From Sedimentisphaerales bacterium (GTDB taxonomy: Bacteria; Planctomycetota; Phycisphaerae; Sedimentisphaerales; Anaerobacaceae), in contig OY970194.1 in assembly GCA_963708075.1 (NCBI GenBank), forward strand, positions 6,368,001-6,432,000: a DNA stretch of 64,000 nucleotides, in the 5' to 3' direction. The position numbers and the translations under genes were made by a program. The notes beneath the pieces were generated by a model. That model made no database searches, was not told where the DNA came from, and was given only the letters and a program-made list of their open reading frames with translations. Positions 31,416-41,602 of the stretch are shown here, one piece after another (within the stretch, counting starts at the first letter, position 1; each line of letters begins with the position of its first letter).

Positions 31416-31442
31416 GCGCAGTCTCCCTGATAGGCTGCTGAA

Positions 31443-31527
31443 TGCGGATGATAGGAATCGAACCTACACGGGCGTTAAGCCCACAGGCACCTGAAGCCTG
31501 CGCGTCTGCCAGTTCCGCCACATCCGC
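31443..31527 (-). tRNA. tRNA-Leu(CAG), CCA not encoded
   Basis: GCGGATG acceptor stem, D-loop GGCGGAACTGGCAGACGC, anticodon loop TTCAGGT, long variable arm, GTTCGATTC T-loop. Confidence 0.96.
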
Positions 31528-31539
31528 GGGAACCTTATT

Positions 31540-31568
31540 ATTATCGCCGCACGAGGGGCATCCGTCAA
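31540..31568 (-). promoter_or_regulatory. Sigma70-type promoter for tRNA-Leu
   Basis: TTGACG-N17-GATAAT ending 12 bp before the tRNA 5' end. Confidence 0.65.
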
Positions 31569-31743
31569 GCCCGTTCGGGTTCACTATTTTGCGATTTTTC
31601 GCGGGTGGCGGGATAAGCGGGAATGGAAAGGCAGGCACACCTTGCCAACGCCTGTCATCTCCGGTAAAATACCGGGGTAGAGGTTCACTCGAACAGACCT
31701 GAAGCTGCGACAGGCAGGATATCGGCTTGCTGGAGATCGTTCG

Positions 31744-32211
31744 ATGAGTGAAGTGGTGATAACCGACGTGACGCCGCAACTCGTGGTTGGGATGCGAAAG
31801 CGAGGCACGTATGCCCAGATCCGCCCGATGATGCTGACGCTTCGCGAGTACATCGCGGCCGCCGGGGCTGAGATCGTCGGGCCGCCCGCGTTTATCTGCC
31901 ATGAGAACCCCAAAAACGTGGTGAAAGCCAACCTGCAGCGCAACGCCGACGTGGAAGTGATCATCCCGGTCTCCAAGCGGATCGAGGAAGTCGAAGAGAT
32001 CACCTGCTACGAGCTTGCCGGCGGGCCCATGGCTAGAATCGTCCACAAAGGACCGTACGAGAGGTCCGCACAGGCGTACCGGAAGCTGTTTGCCTGGATC
32101 GCCGAGAACCACAAGAAAATCGCCGGACCGACCAGGGAAGTCTATCTCAACGACCCCAAAAAGGTCTCGCCTGAGGAACTCCTCACGGAAATCTACGCTC
32201 CTGTGGCGTAG
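31744..32211 (+). CDS. GyrI-like small-molecule binding protein
   Basis: HKGPYE..AYRKLFAWI..GPTREVYLNDP..ELLTEIYAPV. Confidence 0.9.
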   Translation: MSEVVITDVTPQLVVGMRKRGTYAQIRPMMLTLREYIAAAGAEIVGPPAFICHENPKNVVKANLQRNADVEVIIPVSKRIEEVEEITCYELAGGPMARIVHKGPYERSAQAYRKLFAWIAENHKKIAGPTREVYLNDPKKVSPEELLTEIYAPVA

Positions 32212-32222
32212 ATCACGGTCTG

Positions 32223-32738
32223 TCACGTCACGGGCCTTGCAGGGTCCGGCAGAACCATCCCGCCCTTATCGAAGAAGGACCAGACCTGATCGGCCGTCGG
32301 CAGGGCGGCGACAATCTTTGCTGTCGATGGGTCCCGGCAGATCGCGGCCAGGCAACTGATCGCCTGGAGATAGGCGCCGGGCGCCGCCTTCGGGGCCAGC
32401 GTCAGGACGACCAGCTTGATGCGGTCGTCGGGCCTGTGTGGGTCATACACGATTCCCTGCGGGGACGTAGCCACCGCGACGAAGACCTCCCGGATGGTTC
32501 CGAGCCTCGCGTGCGGCATGGCCATGCCGGGGGCGACAATGGTCGGAAGGTCTTTCTCCCGCTCCAAAACCGCCTTGTAGGCATCCGCGACATCCCCGAT
32601 ACTGCGTCCCCGGCCGAGCAGTTGCAGCATCTCCAGCAGGACTTTGTCACGATCTGTCTCCTGAGTCTGGCAGATCACCTCGGAAGGGCGAAAGAGTGAT
32701 GAAAACCGGATATTGTCTTCCTCAATCGTCATAGCCAT
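32223..32738 (-). CDS. Stand-alone PTS EIIA domain protein (Fru/Ntr type)
   Basis: VLEREKDLPTIVAPGMAMPHAR with the conserved phospho-His. Confidence 0.85.
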   Translation of the reverse strand: MAMTIEEDNIRFSSLFRPSEVICQTQETDRDKVLLEMLQLLGRGRSIGDVADAYKAVLEREKDLPTIVAPGMAMPHARLGTIREVFVAVATSPQGIVYDPHRPDDRIKLVVLTLAPKAAPGAYLQAISCLAAICRDPSTAKIVAALPTADQVWSFFDKGGMVLPDPARPVT

Positions 32739-33069
32739 TCACTGTACAGATGACAACTCACCCGGCGCCAGATCGCGCTATACGTGCCTTTCCTGGGACC
32801 GGCCCGCCAGAAACCCGGCCGGGAAAACCCTATAAAGCCGCCCGCCGACGGCGCCGTCAAGCGGAAAATGCCCCCGCGTGCGTGGAGGGGTGCACGATAG
32901 GATTGTGGCAGAGAAAGCATGCGATTGTGGGTGGCAGCGTCAAGTGCAGCTTGGCGATGGCCTTCCTGGCATGCGGTGCAACCATCGGCAGGCCGGCGCC
33001 TGCCGATGCCGCCCAGAAGCTTGACGAGGTGAACTCACGCATGATCGAGGAGAGTCCGCATCGGTATCG

Positions 33070-33936
33070 TCACGACCAATCAACTTTGGCAGCCCATTGG
33101 GGCAGGGTGGTCGGCTGAATGCCGGACTCCTTGGCCACAGCTTTGATGTCGACGTTGTAGCCCACGGCATCAAACCACTCGAGCATGATCGCGAAGTCCT
33201 CGCTGAACTTGCGGACCTCCTCGATGGGCGTCGGGACGAACTCGAGCTTCCTGCCCGCGGTTTTTCCGATGATTTTGGCTGTCTGGGGCATGGTCTTCGC
33301 ATCGCCGGCGATGTCGATGGCCCGGCCGTTCAGTTTCTGGTAATTGTCGAAGGCCCATGCCCCGTACTTGCCGATGTCCTCCACGGCGATCATCTGGAGC
33401 GCAGTCGCAGGCTTGATTCCCACTGTGAGTTTGCCCTGATCAATCGCCGGCTTGAACCAGGGTGTGAGGAAGTTCTCCATAAAGAAGACCGGCCGAATGA
33501 TCGTGTAGGACGGGAACTTCAGGCTCCGCACCGTCTCTTCGACCTGCCACTTGTTTTCGAAGTGTGGGATTCTCGTATTGCGGTGGGCCGACGCGACGGA
33601 GGAGTACACAAAATGCTGGACGCCGGCGTCTTTGGCTATTTGGGCAAACCGTTTGCCCTGCTCTTCTTCTCTCTCGACACCAGCCTCCCACGTGTTCTGC
33701 ACGGAGAACACGCCCCAGACTCCCTTCGCCGCCTGTGCGAGAGAGGCGGCATCATCCAAATCGCCCCGGACGATCTCGGCGCCGAGCTTAGCCAGAGCCC
33801 GGGCGTTTTCCGCATCAGGGTTGCGGGTCATGGCTCGAATGGGGTAGCCCTTCGTCAGAAGCTCCCGGGCGACGGCCCCGCCCTGTTTCCCTGTTGCCCC
33901 AGTCACAAGAACCTTCCTGCTGTCCACCATCTCCAT
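33070..33936 (-). CDS. NmrA/HSCARG family NAD(P)-binding protein
   Basis: VTGATGKQGGAV, AGVQHFVYSSV, IPHFENK, IRPVFFMEN. Confidence 0.92.
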   Translation of the reverse strand: MEMVDSRKVLVTGATGKQGGAVARELLTKGYPIRAMTRNPDAENARALAKLGAEIVRGDLDDAASLAQAAKGVWGVFSVQNTWEAGVEREEEQGKRFAQIAKDAGVQHFVYSSVASAHRNTRIPHFENKWQVEETVRSLKFPSYTIIRPVFFMENFLTPWFKPAIDQGKLTVGIKPATALQMIAVEDIGKYGAWAFDNYQKLNGRAIDIAGDAKTMPQTAKIIGKTAGRKLEFVPTPIEEVRKFSEDFAIMLEWFDAVGYNVDIKAVAKESGIQPTTLPQWAAKVDWS

Positions 33937-34092
33937 GCTCCTTCCTCTGAATGAGTCTTATTCAGTACAGCCATACGCAGGACACCCTGCATACCCATTA
34001 CGTACGTCCCGGCTCGCGGTGCATTTTTGTCTGCTAAGGTGCAGTTCAGGGCTCCGCATGGATCGTCGTGCTCGCTGCTCGTGCGGCGAGGC

Positions 34093-34974
34093 TCACGTGT
34101 GGCGGGCCGTGGAAATGGCGGGCCGCCCGCCGGACACGCCCCGGATCGTATTGTGCAGGCTCACGATGTAGCAGATGAGGATGGAAAAGGTAATCGCCCA
34201 ATGTAGTTTGAAGCGGTATTGGCAGATCGCCAGCAGAGCCGTAATGGCGGCTGCGGTGAATATAACCTGGAGAAGGCTTGCCCCCCTGCCGAGCGAATCG
34301 CTGTCCGTGAGACTCAAGCGGAACAGAAGCAGCAGGAGGACGCTGCTGAGGATGTTCCACGCGGGGAAAATCATTAACCAGCCCAGGTGCTCCTGCACCG
34401 CGATGCGCCCCGCGTGGACGCCCGTGCCTGCGGCGACGGTCACCACGAACAGCAGCATCATGAATTCCTCGCGGTCGGATCTTGGCCTCTGGAGCAGAAG
34501 GTTGATGAGTGATACTATTGCGGCGAGAATGGTCAACGCCGGCACGAACCGCACGTCATTCAGGCTCAACAGGGAGAATGCTTCGCGAAGGTCGGTCGCC
34601 GGCCCGGGATTGATGAACCACAGCAGCGAGAACGCCGAGCTCAGAGCAAACAATGTCACGTCGTCGCATCGCGGGATCGGCAGCCATCGCAGCTTCCCGG
34701 CGGCGAGCCTGCGCCTATCTTCGACGGGAAGTGTCCTGAATAGAAGGTGGTCAAAGATTTCCTGATCGCTCTTCGCCTGCCAGTCTTCCGCGTCTTCCCG
34801 CGTGCCTGAGTCGCTACTGGGTGCCGACTTTATCGCCTCTCCCGGCTCCTTCCCGCGCACGATAATGGAATGGCCGCAGGCGGGACATGCCGTCGTCTTG
34901 CCGGCCAACTCTTCATTGGCACGAATCTGTTGGCCACAGTACACGCATGAGAACTCGATCATATGATTGGCCAT
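34093..34974 (-). CDS. Zinc-ribbon plus multi-pass membrane protein
   Basis: IEFSCVYCG...CPACG followed by a linker and about 6 TM segments. Confidence 0.7.
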   Translation of the reverse strand: MANHMIEFSCVYCGQQIRANEELAGKTTACPACGHSIIVRGKEPGEAIKSAPSSDSGTREDAEDWQAKSDQEIFDHLLFRTLPVEDRRRLAAGKLRWLPIPRCDDVTLFALSSAFSLLWFINPGPATDLREAFSLLSLNDVRFVPALTILAAIVSLINLLLQRPRSDREEFMMLLFVVTVAAGTGVHAGRIAVQEHLGWLMIFPAWNILSSVLLLLLFRLSLTDSDSLGRGASLLQVIFTAAAITALLAICQYRFKLHWAITFSILICYIVSLHNTIRGVSGGRPAISTARHT

Positions 34975-35248
34975 GCATCCCTTTACTTCACGCCAGATGC
35001 CCCGGGTCAGGATACCGCTTAGTCCGGATGCCGCCAAGAGAAAACGACCTCCCCCGACCGGCGGCACAGCACTTCGGTGGCAACAGAGGATTAGGGATTT
35101 GCCCCCGGTAATTGTGGAGAAACTCTTTGGCCGGCGCAGCCCGGACAGCGTAGAGAGAGTGTCGAGGGGGTTCGGTTCCGGATGCGGGCCCGAGTCCCCG
35201 AGAGAAAGATGTAACACATAGTATCTTTTACAACGGATTATCGGATTT

Positions 35249-36403
35249 ATGAAACCTGAAGCAATGCATACCCGTCGCACACCGACGGTGATAAAATGGA
35301 CATCATTTACCGCGATTGTAATTCTGCTGACTGGCTGTCGGGTGCTTCCCGACAAAGGGCTTTCGCGTCCTGCCAACGAGGTGGTCACCACCGGATTCGC
35401 CAGCCCGCCCAGAATTCGATTCGGATCCTATCCGACCTCCACGATGGGCACAACGTTCATCGGGCCGAATCTGGGCAGGCACGGATATCACTCCTCGCTT
35501 GGCGAGAAAAACGGCATTGCGTACACCTGCCGGGGCGGTGACATCGATGTCATCCACGTGCGGATCGCCGCCGATTGGACCGCGTATCTCGTGGCCAAGA
35601 CCTACAAGACCCTGATGAGCGGCAAGCCCGGATTCTCCTACAAGCTTTCGGTGGATCGCTCGCACAACGACGTGACGTTTACCTATCCGCCGGACTGGAA
35701 TCGCCGATCCCATGCGGAGCAGGCCGCCGCGGCCAGGGAGGTGGCGATGGCCGTCGGGCCGCACTTGTGCTTCACCATGACCACCTGGCACGAGATTCTC
35801 ACCTGGTTCGGGTTCCGATGCATCGGTGTGGTCACGGAGTTTCCCTCCGCATTCTCCTGGGAGGATTCCTTCTCCAATCTGCTGGGCACTGTTGTCGCCG
35901 TTCGCGCACTGCAGGATACGCAGAACAACTACGATAAGGCGATAGAGATCGCGATAGACGAGGAGATGAAGAAACTGGGAATTATGCCTGCCAAAGTGGC
36001 CAAGGAAGCCAGTCAACGGGTCAAAGGCGACTGGTTCACCGGGTCCGTCCTGTTCTTCGTGAATGTCAAGATGAGGAACTTCGATGTAGGCTTGGACGAC
36101 GGCCACGTCACGCCGACCCTTCTGCCCGGAGTCACCGAATGTCCCAATGCCGAACCTACACCCTATCCCGTTCCCACGCTCGATGCGGTGACTCGGCACG
36201 GGTTCACTATGAAGATCCAGACGCGATCCCGGGAATGGGAGAGGGACAAGATCTTCATGGTCCTGTTCGGCGATCGGCATGACAGGCGAATCGATCCGGA
36301 GGTTCACATTCCTCGCCTCATCGAGTACGCGCGCCAGAACGCCATCGACAAATACGGCTACATGGTGGAGCCGGAAACCTCACGGGCATACGCGCGTCGG
36401 TGA
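35249..36403 (+). CDS. DUF4056-like lipoprotein
   Basis: Lipobox LTGC; GIAYTCRGGDIDVIHVR, WHEILTWFG, SAFSWEDSFSNLLG. Confidence 0.75.
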   Translation: MKPEAMHTRRTPTVIKWTSFTAIVILLTGCRVLPDKGLSRPANEVVTTGFASPPRIRFGSYPTSTMGTTFIGPNLGRHGYHSSLGEKNGIAYTCRGGDIDVIHVRIAADWTAYLVAKTYKTLMSGKPGFSYKLSVDRSHNDVTFTYPPDWNRRSHAEQAAAAREVAMAVGPHLCFTMTTWHEILTWFGFRCIGVVTEFPSAFSWEDSFSNLLGTVVAVRALQDTQNNYDKAIEIAIDEEMKKLGIMPAKVAKEASQRVKGDWFTGSVLFFVNVKMRNFDVGLDDGHVTPTLLPGVTECPNAEPTPYPVPTLDAVTRHGFTMKIQTRSREWERDKIFMVLFGDRHDRRIDPEVHIPRLIEYARQNAIDKYGYMVEPETSRAYARR

Positions 36404-36637
36404 CCCGACGATGGCCCTGTAGCCTCGATCTCCTGGCGTTTTGGGGCTGTATTATCGGGCATTCTCGGCCGGTTTCGGCGGCGATTGTGGCAGTCCTAAG
36501 CGGTGACGTCTTCTCTTCACAACAACGGATTCCGGATTTGTCCTTGACATACAGGATACTTTGCTGCAATCTCGTGCCGTGTTTGTCATGCGGACTGGCC
36601 GCACAAGTTCCGGTGTTCATGATTTAGGAGGTCCACG

Positions 36638-37588
36638 ATGAAGTATTCACCACGATTCCTGTTGGCGGCATGCCTGTTTCTGGCGGCCCTGCCGGTCGGT
36701 CCGGCGGCCGCGTACGATCAGCCGGCAGGCCTCAATCTCGGCGGCACCAGTTTCCTCGACGGCATCCCGCCCGCCGGCCCGGGCTTCTACTTCCAGGAGT
36801 ACATCGAGTACTACACGGCCGACGAATTCCCGGAGATCGGTGCTCCGATTGATCCGGACACGAGCTTGGACGTTTGGGCCAGCCTCAACCAGTTCATCTA
36901 CCAGTCGAATCAGAAGCTTCTTTTCGGTGGCAAGTGGGGCCTCAATGTCATCGTGCCGGTCGTTAGCATTGACATCGACGATGACAACCACATCCTGACC
37001 GACAACGGCGGTGGGCTGGGCGACATCTACGTCGGTCCCTTCCTGCAGTGGGACCCGATCATGGGTGAGAATGGCCCGATCTTCGTGCACCGCGTCGAGT
37101 TGACGACCATCCTCCCCACGGGCAAGTACGATGATGACAGAGCCCTCAACCCGGGCAGCAACTTCTTCTCGTTCAACCCATACTGGGCAGCCACGTGGTT
37201 TGCCTTGCCGAAGGTAGAATTGTCCACCCGCGTGCACTACCTGTGGAACGACAAGAATGACGATCCGCTGGACACCCCCGCTCCCCCCGTCGTGGAGGAC
37301 AGTCAGGCAGGCCAGGCTTGGTGGGCGAACTTTGCCGCCTCGTACGAGATCCTGCCCCAGCGGCTTCGCGCCGGTATCAACGGGTACTATTTCAAACAAA
37401 TTGAACGCTCGGAGGTCAATGGCGACAAGGTGAGCGGCATGGAAGAAGTCTTCGCCATCGGACCGGGCGCCCTGTACAGTTTCTCGCAGCACACCCACCT
37501 GTTCTTCAACGCCTACTTCGAGACGGACACTGAGCTTCGTCCGGAAGGCGAGCGGTTCTGGCTGCGCTTCGTGCATCATTTCCAGTAG
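36638..37588 (+). CDS. SphA / Phenol_MetA_deg family outer-membrane beta-barrel
   Basis: Signal peptide, NLGGTSFLDG, GLGDIYVGP, PTGKYD..NPGSN, C-terminal aromatic strand. Confidence 0.82.
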   Translation: MKYSPRFLLAACLFLAALPVGPAAAYDQPAGLNLGGTSFLDGIPPAGPGFYFQEYIEYYTADEFPEIGAPIDPDTSLDVWASLNQFIYQSNQKLLFGGKWGLNVIVPVVSIDIDDDNHILTDNGGGLGDIYVGPFLQWDPIMGENGPIFVHRVELTTILPTGKYDDDRALNPGSNFFSFNPYWAATWFALPKVELSTRVHYLWNDKNDDPLDTPAPPVVEDSQAGQAWWANFAASYEILPQRLRAGINGYYFKQIERSEVNGDKVSGMEEVFAIGPGALYSFSQHTHLFFNAYFETDTELRPEGERFWLRFVHHFQ

Positions 37589-37616
37589 CGGCCGACGTGA
37601 TTTCGAAAGCTCATGC

Positions 37617-37655
37617 GAATGGCGGCTCCCTGACAGAACAGGCGAGCCGCCATTC
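37617..37655. terminator. Hairpin, probable terminator
   Basis: GAATGGCGGCTC...GAGCCGCCATTC 12-bp stem 28 bp after the stop codon. Confidence 0.55.
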
Positions 37656-37937
37656 GAGTTTCTTCCCTTCCTCCCCCGAATTCCTTCTATCCTCCTCGTT
37701 CGTCGCACGTGAGCGTGCAAAACTGCTCCGCATCCTCGTTCGCCAGTGAGTCCTCACCAGCGATTCCCTGCGAAGGATTAGGCACAATCCCGCTTCAGGG
37801 CTCCGTCCGGGGCGGAGTAAATGGAGAGAATCGCCGGTCCGGCGCACAGTTCGGCGGCCGTGAAAAGCGCGAAAGGTCGATGGATTGACGTGCTGGGTTT
37901 TGCGCTCATCCGCAAGGCGGAAGAAAGGGGTGGCAGC

Positions 37938-38531
37938 ATGATCGGCATTCAAATAGCGGGTTACACGTTCGGCACAGAGGAGGCCGCCAAGTCCCCGATC
38001 ACCGACAGTGAGTTCGATCTGCTCAAGCAGACCGTTACATTCACCGACGAGGACGCACGGTACCTCCGGATGGCCGGCGAAGTGCTGGACGACCAGCTTG
38101 AGGAAGTGTTGGACGTGTGGTACGACTTCTTCGCCTCGCACCCGCACCTTGCCTACTACTTCAGCGGCCCCGATGAGGAGTTGGACCGCAATTATCTGGC
38201 GGCGGTGCGACTGCGGTTCGAGCAGTGGATCCGCGACACCTGCTCGGCCCAATATGACCGTGCCTGGCTCGACTACCAGGAAGAAATCGCGCTGCGTCAT
38301 ACGCGGTTCAAGAAGAACCAGACGGACAACGTGCTCTCCCCGGCGGACCACATCCACCTGCGTTATGTGCTCGCCGCTCTCTATCCGATCGTGGCCACGA
38401 TCAAGCCGTTCCTGGCCAGGAAGGGCCACTCCCCCGAGGAGGTGGAGAGAATGCACCAGGCATGGTTCAAATCCGTTGTCCTGCAGGTGACGCTCTGGGC
38501 TCGGCCATACGTTCGCCCCGGCGACTTCTAA
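37938..38531 (+). CDS. Protoglobin
   Basis: IAGYTFG..KSPIT..FDLLKQTV, SHPHL, WLDYQEEIALRH..KKNQTD, MHQAWFKSVVLQVTLW..PY match the protoglobin family. Confidence 0.92.
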   Translation: MIGIQIAGYTFGTEEAAKSPITDSEFDLLKQTVTFTDEDARYLRMAGEVLDDQLEEVLDVWYDFFASHPHLAYYFSGPDEELDRNYLAAVRLRFEQWIRDTCSAQYDRAWLDYQEEIALRHTRFKKNQTDNVLSPADHIHLRYVLAALYPIVATIKPFLARKGHSPEEVERMHQAWFKSVVLQVTLWARPYVRPGDF

Positions 38532-38615
38532 GCCCGTTCGCCGGAATGCTCGCCGGGTGGCGGCGGCAAACGCAGTTCGCCGATGGTGAGTGGCTGCGGT
38601 GGGCAACATCTCAGT

Positions 38616-38644
38616 TTGACGGACCAATGGCCGTGCTGTATAAT
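38616..38644 (+). promoter_or_regulatory. Sigma70-type promoter
   Basis: TTGACG-N17-TATAAT upstream of the aminotransferase. Confidence 0.7.
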
Positions 38645-38684
38645 CCTGCCTCCAGAGTAGAACCGTGGTTGGAAAGGTCGTACC

Positions 38685-39884
38685 ATGCAGGTGATCAGCG
38701 CGGATATCAGTAACAGCATCCAGGGCGCGTCCTGGATTCGTCGTATGTTCGAGGCCGGAATCGAGCTCAAACAGAAATTCGGGGCCGACCAGGTCTGCGA
38801 TTTCACGCTCGGCAATCCGGACCTGCCGCCCGTGCCCCACGTCGCTCACGCGCTTCGCAAACTCGCCGATACGGTCCAGCAGCCCCTATCCCTGGGGTAC
38901 ATGCCTAACGCCGGCCTGCCTTCCGCTCGTCAGCGCCTGGCGGAGTACCTGGCCCGGGAGCAGCAGGTGCCGCTCACGGCCCAGCACGTCATCATCACCT
39001 GCGGGGCGGCGGGGGGGCTCAATGTCCTGTTCCGCACGGTCCTGGAGCGAGGCGAAGAGGTCATCTGCCCGTCCCCATACTTCGTGGAGTACGGATTCTA
39101 CGTGGGCAACTACGGCGGCAAGCTCGTCCCGGTCCCATCCAGGCTGCCGAGCTTTTCGCTGGACCTCAATGCCCTTGAGGCGGCCGTCACGGACAAGACC
39201 CGCGTCATTCTCATCGACAGCCCCAACAATCCAACGGGGGTGGTGTACGAGGAAAGCGAGCTGAAAGAACTCGCCGCGATAGCCGCCCGCGCCACCGCCC
39301 GATACGGCAGGCCCGTCTTTCTGGTTTCCGATGAACCGTATCGTTTTTTGGCCTATGACAACGTGAAGGTCCCGCCGATCCTGCCGCTGTACGAGTTCAG
39401 CGTGGCGATTGGCTCGTTCTCCAAGAGCCTGTCCCTGGCGGGCGAGCGCGTCGGCTACATCGCAATCAACCCCGCCATGCCCCAGGCCGACCAGGTGCTC
39501 GCGGGCCTGATCCTCTGCAACCGGACGCTCGGATACGTTAACGCCCCCGTGATCGGCCAGCGCCTGATCGAGGCGGCCCTCGGGGTCACCGTAGACGCTG
39601 GAATCTACAAGAAGCGCCGCGATGCTATGGCGGGCATTCTCCGCGATGCCGGCATCGAGTTCGTCCTGCCAAAGGGAGCGTTCTACTTCCTGCCCAAGGT
39701 CCCCGGCCGTGTGGACGACCTGGAGTTCTGCCGACTGCTCCTGGACGAGCGAATCCTCGCGGTTCCGGGCCGAGGCTTCGGCCTGCCCGGCTACTTCCGC
39801 CTGACCTACTGTATGGATGAAGCGATCATCCGCCGCGCCGCCCAGGGCTTCCAAAAAGCCGCCGACCGCGCCAGAAGCAAGTGA
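38685..39884 (+). CDS. PLP-dependent class I aminotransferase (aspartate aminotransferase-like)
   Basis: SWIRRMFE, SPNNPTG, SDEPY, SFSKSLSLAGERVGY. Confidence 0.92.
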   Translation: MQVISADISNSIQGASWIRRMFEAGIELKQKFGADQVCDFTLGNPDLPPVPHVAHALRKLADTVQQPLSLGYMPNAGLPSARQRLAEYLAREQQVPLTAQHVIITCGAAGGLNVLFRTVLERGEEVICPSPYFVEYGFYVGNYGGKLVPVPSRLPSFSLDLNALEAAVTDKTRVILIDSPNNPTGVVYEESELKELAAIAARATARYGRPVFLVSDEPYRFLAYDNVKVPPILPLYEFSVAIGSFSKSLSLAGERVGYIAINPAMPQADQVLAGLILCNRTLGYVNAPVIGQRLIEAALGVTVDAGIYKKRRDAMAGILRDAGIEFVLPKGAFYFLPKVPGRVDDLEFCRLLLDERILAVPGRGFGLPGYFRLTYCMDEAIIRRAAQGFQKAADRARSK

Positions 39885-40192
39885 TGCCACAGGCCGGGCC
39901 CTGCCCGTCATCCGCCCCGCAGGGCAAATTGGCTTTGCTTCGCTCGCAATGACAAGTCAGAGTCGGTTTTGAGACGGTTTCTTAGGCTTACTTCGACTAG
40001 TGACGTCAGCCCTTTCCCTAATCAAGCTCTGACATAGAATCCCTCATTGCCCGCACTCCCAAAGTAGGCTTTTTCAGGAGGCAGAATAGGGTATCCTCCT
40101 CGTTCCAACCTCTGACACAAAAGGATGAAATGGACTGTTGCCATCCTGGGCAAGAGTGACGAATCAGGCCTCTTTCTTCGAAAAGGGATCTT

Positions 40193-41530
40193 ATGAAGAC
40201 GCTAACGATTTCGAAGGCAATGACGATTCTTCTTCTATGCCTGAGCCTTGGGGTTCCGCCTGCACTGCCCGGACAGGACACCCAGCAGAAGGTTCAACCT
40301 GCGCCGCCTGAGCAGAGCACTCCGCAGAAGGTTCAACCTGCACCGCCTGGACAGGGCGCTCCAGAGGGAGTCCAAAAGGAAAGCCAGAAAAAAGACGAGC
40401 AACCTCCCCTCAGGCCGGAGGAACTCGACCAGCTCCTGGCATCCATCGCGCTATATCCTGATGACCTTGTGGCTCAGGTGCTGACGGCGTCGACCTACCC
40501 GGTCGAGGTCGTCCAGGCGGCGCGGTTCGCGAAAGAGAAATCAGATCTCAAAGGCGAAAAACTGATGGCGGCGGCCAAGGATAAAGAATGGGATCCGAGC
40601 GTGAAGGCGATGCTCCAGTTTCCGGAAGTGCTGACGATGATGGACGAGAAACTCGACTGGACCACCAAGGTCGGCGACGCCTTTCTCTCCCAGCAGCGGG
40701 ACGTCATGGATTCGATCCAGCGTCTCCGAGGCAAGGCCAAAGATGCGGGCAACCTGAAGACCACCAAAGAGCAAAAGGTGATCGTGGAACAGGAGACGCA
40801 AACGATCGTCATTCAGCCTGCAAATCCGCAGGTTGTTTACGTCCCCACCTACAACCCGACGGTGGTATATGGGACCTGGCCTTATCCGGCCTACCCGCCT
40901 TACCCGGTATATCCCCCAGGCTATGTGGCGACGGCCTCCCTCTTCTCCTTTGCCGCCGGTGTGGCCGTGGGTGCTGCCTGGAGTGGCTGGGGTGGCTGGC
41001 ACTCTAATTGGCACGGCGGGGATGTCGAGATCGGCATCAGCAACTACAACAACTTCACCAGAAACAATTATACCAATGCCAACAGGTATCAGATGAACCA
41101 GAATCTGAAGAGCCAGTCCTGGCAACACAACCCGGAGCATCGCAAGGGCGCCCAGTACAGGAACCAGGCGACGGCCCAGAAATTCGGCGAGAGCCGGGCC
41201 GGGACCAGAGACGTCAGGAGCGGGTACCGGGGGTACGAAGGCGGTGCAGGCGGCCGAACGACGGATCTCGCCCGACCCGCCGGCGGTGGGGCCGGGGCCC
41301 GGGACCTCTCTGGACGACCGGCCGGCGGTGGCGCCGGCACGCGAACGGCGCCGAGCGATTCCCGCGCGAGCGCCTTCAGCGGCGCCTCCACGGGCGGCGG
41401 CGGTGACCGTGCGGCCAGCATGCGAGGCCAGACGAGCCGCAGCAGTGCTTCGTCCGCGAGGGCAGGTGCTTCCCGCGGGGGCGGCGGAATGGCTCGCGGC
41501 GGCGGCGGTAGAGGAGGCGGTCGTCGCTGA
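40193..41530 (+). CDS. DUF3300 family protein
   Basis: ELDQLLASIALYPDDL, WDPSVK, VYVPTYNPTVVYG, WQHNPEHR, Gly/Arg-rich tail. Confidence 0.9.
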   Translation: MKTLTISKAMTILLLCLSLGVPPALPGQDTQQKVQPAPPEQSTPQKVQPAPPGQGAPEGVQKESQKKDEQPPLRPEELDQLLASIALYPDDLVAQVLTASTYPVEVVQAARFAKEKSDLKGEKLMAAAKDKEWDPSVKAMLQFPEVLTMMDEKLDWTTKVGDAFLSQQRDVMDSIQRLRGKAKDAGNLKTTKEQKVIVEQETQTIVIQPANPQVVYVPTYNPTVVYGTWPYPAYPPYPVYPPGYVATASLFSFAAGVAVGAAWSGWGGWHSNWHGGDVEIGISNYNNFTRNNYTNANRYQMNQNLKSQSWQHNPEHRKGAQYRNQATAQKFGESRAGTRDVRSGYRGYEGGAGGRTTDLARPAGGGAGARDLSGRPAGGGAGTRTAPSDSRASAFSGASTGGGGDRAASMRGQTSRSSASSARAGASRGGGGMARGGGGRGGGRR

Positions 41531-41602
41531 CAGGTGTGGGATCAGAGAGAACTGGGATTTCGCAAAACGAAAGTTGAGCTTACTTTACGAAGGAAATACA
41601 CC

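Noticed and set aside
32919..33070. Signal-peptide-like fragment (SLAMAFLACGA...) converging on the NmrA gene
   Set aside because: Too short and without a consistent start; cannot be supported as a gene or pseudogene
34093..35391. 432-aa version of the zinc-ribbon membrane protein
   Set aside because: The extension overlaps the divergent DUF4056-like gene and intergenic DNA; the start near 34974 precedes the zinc ribbon
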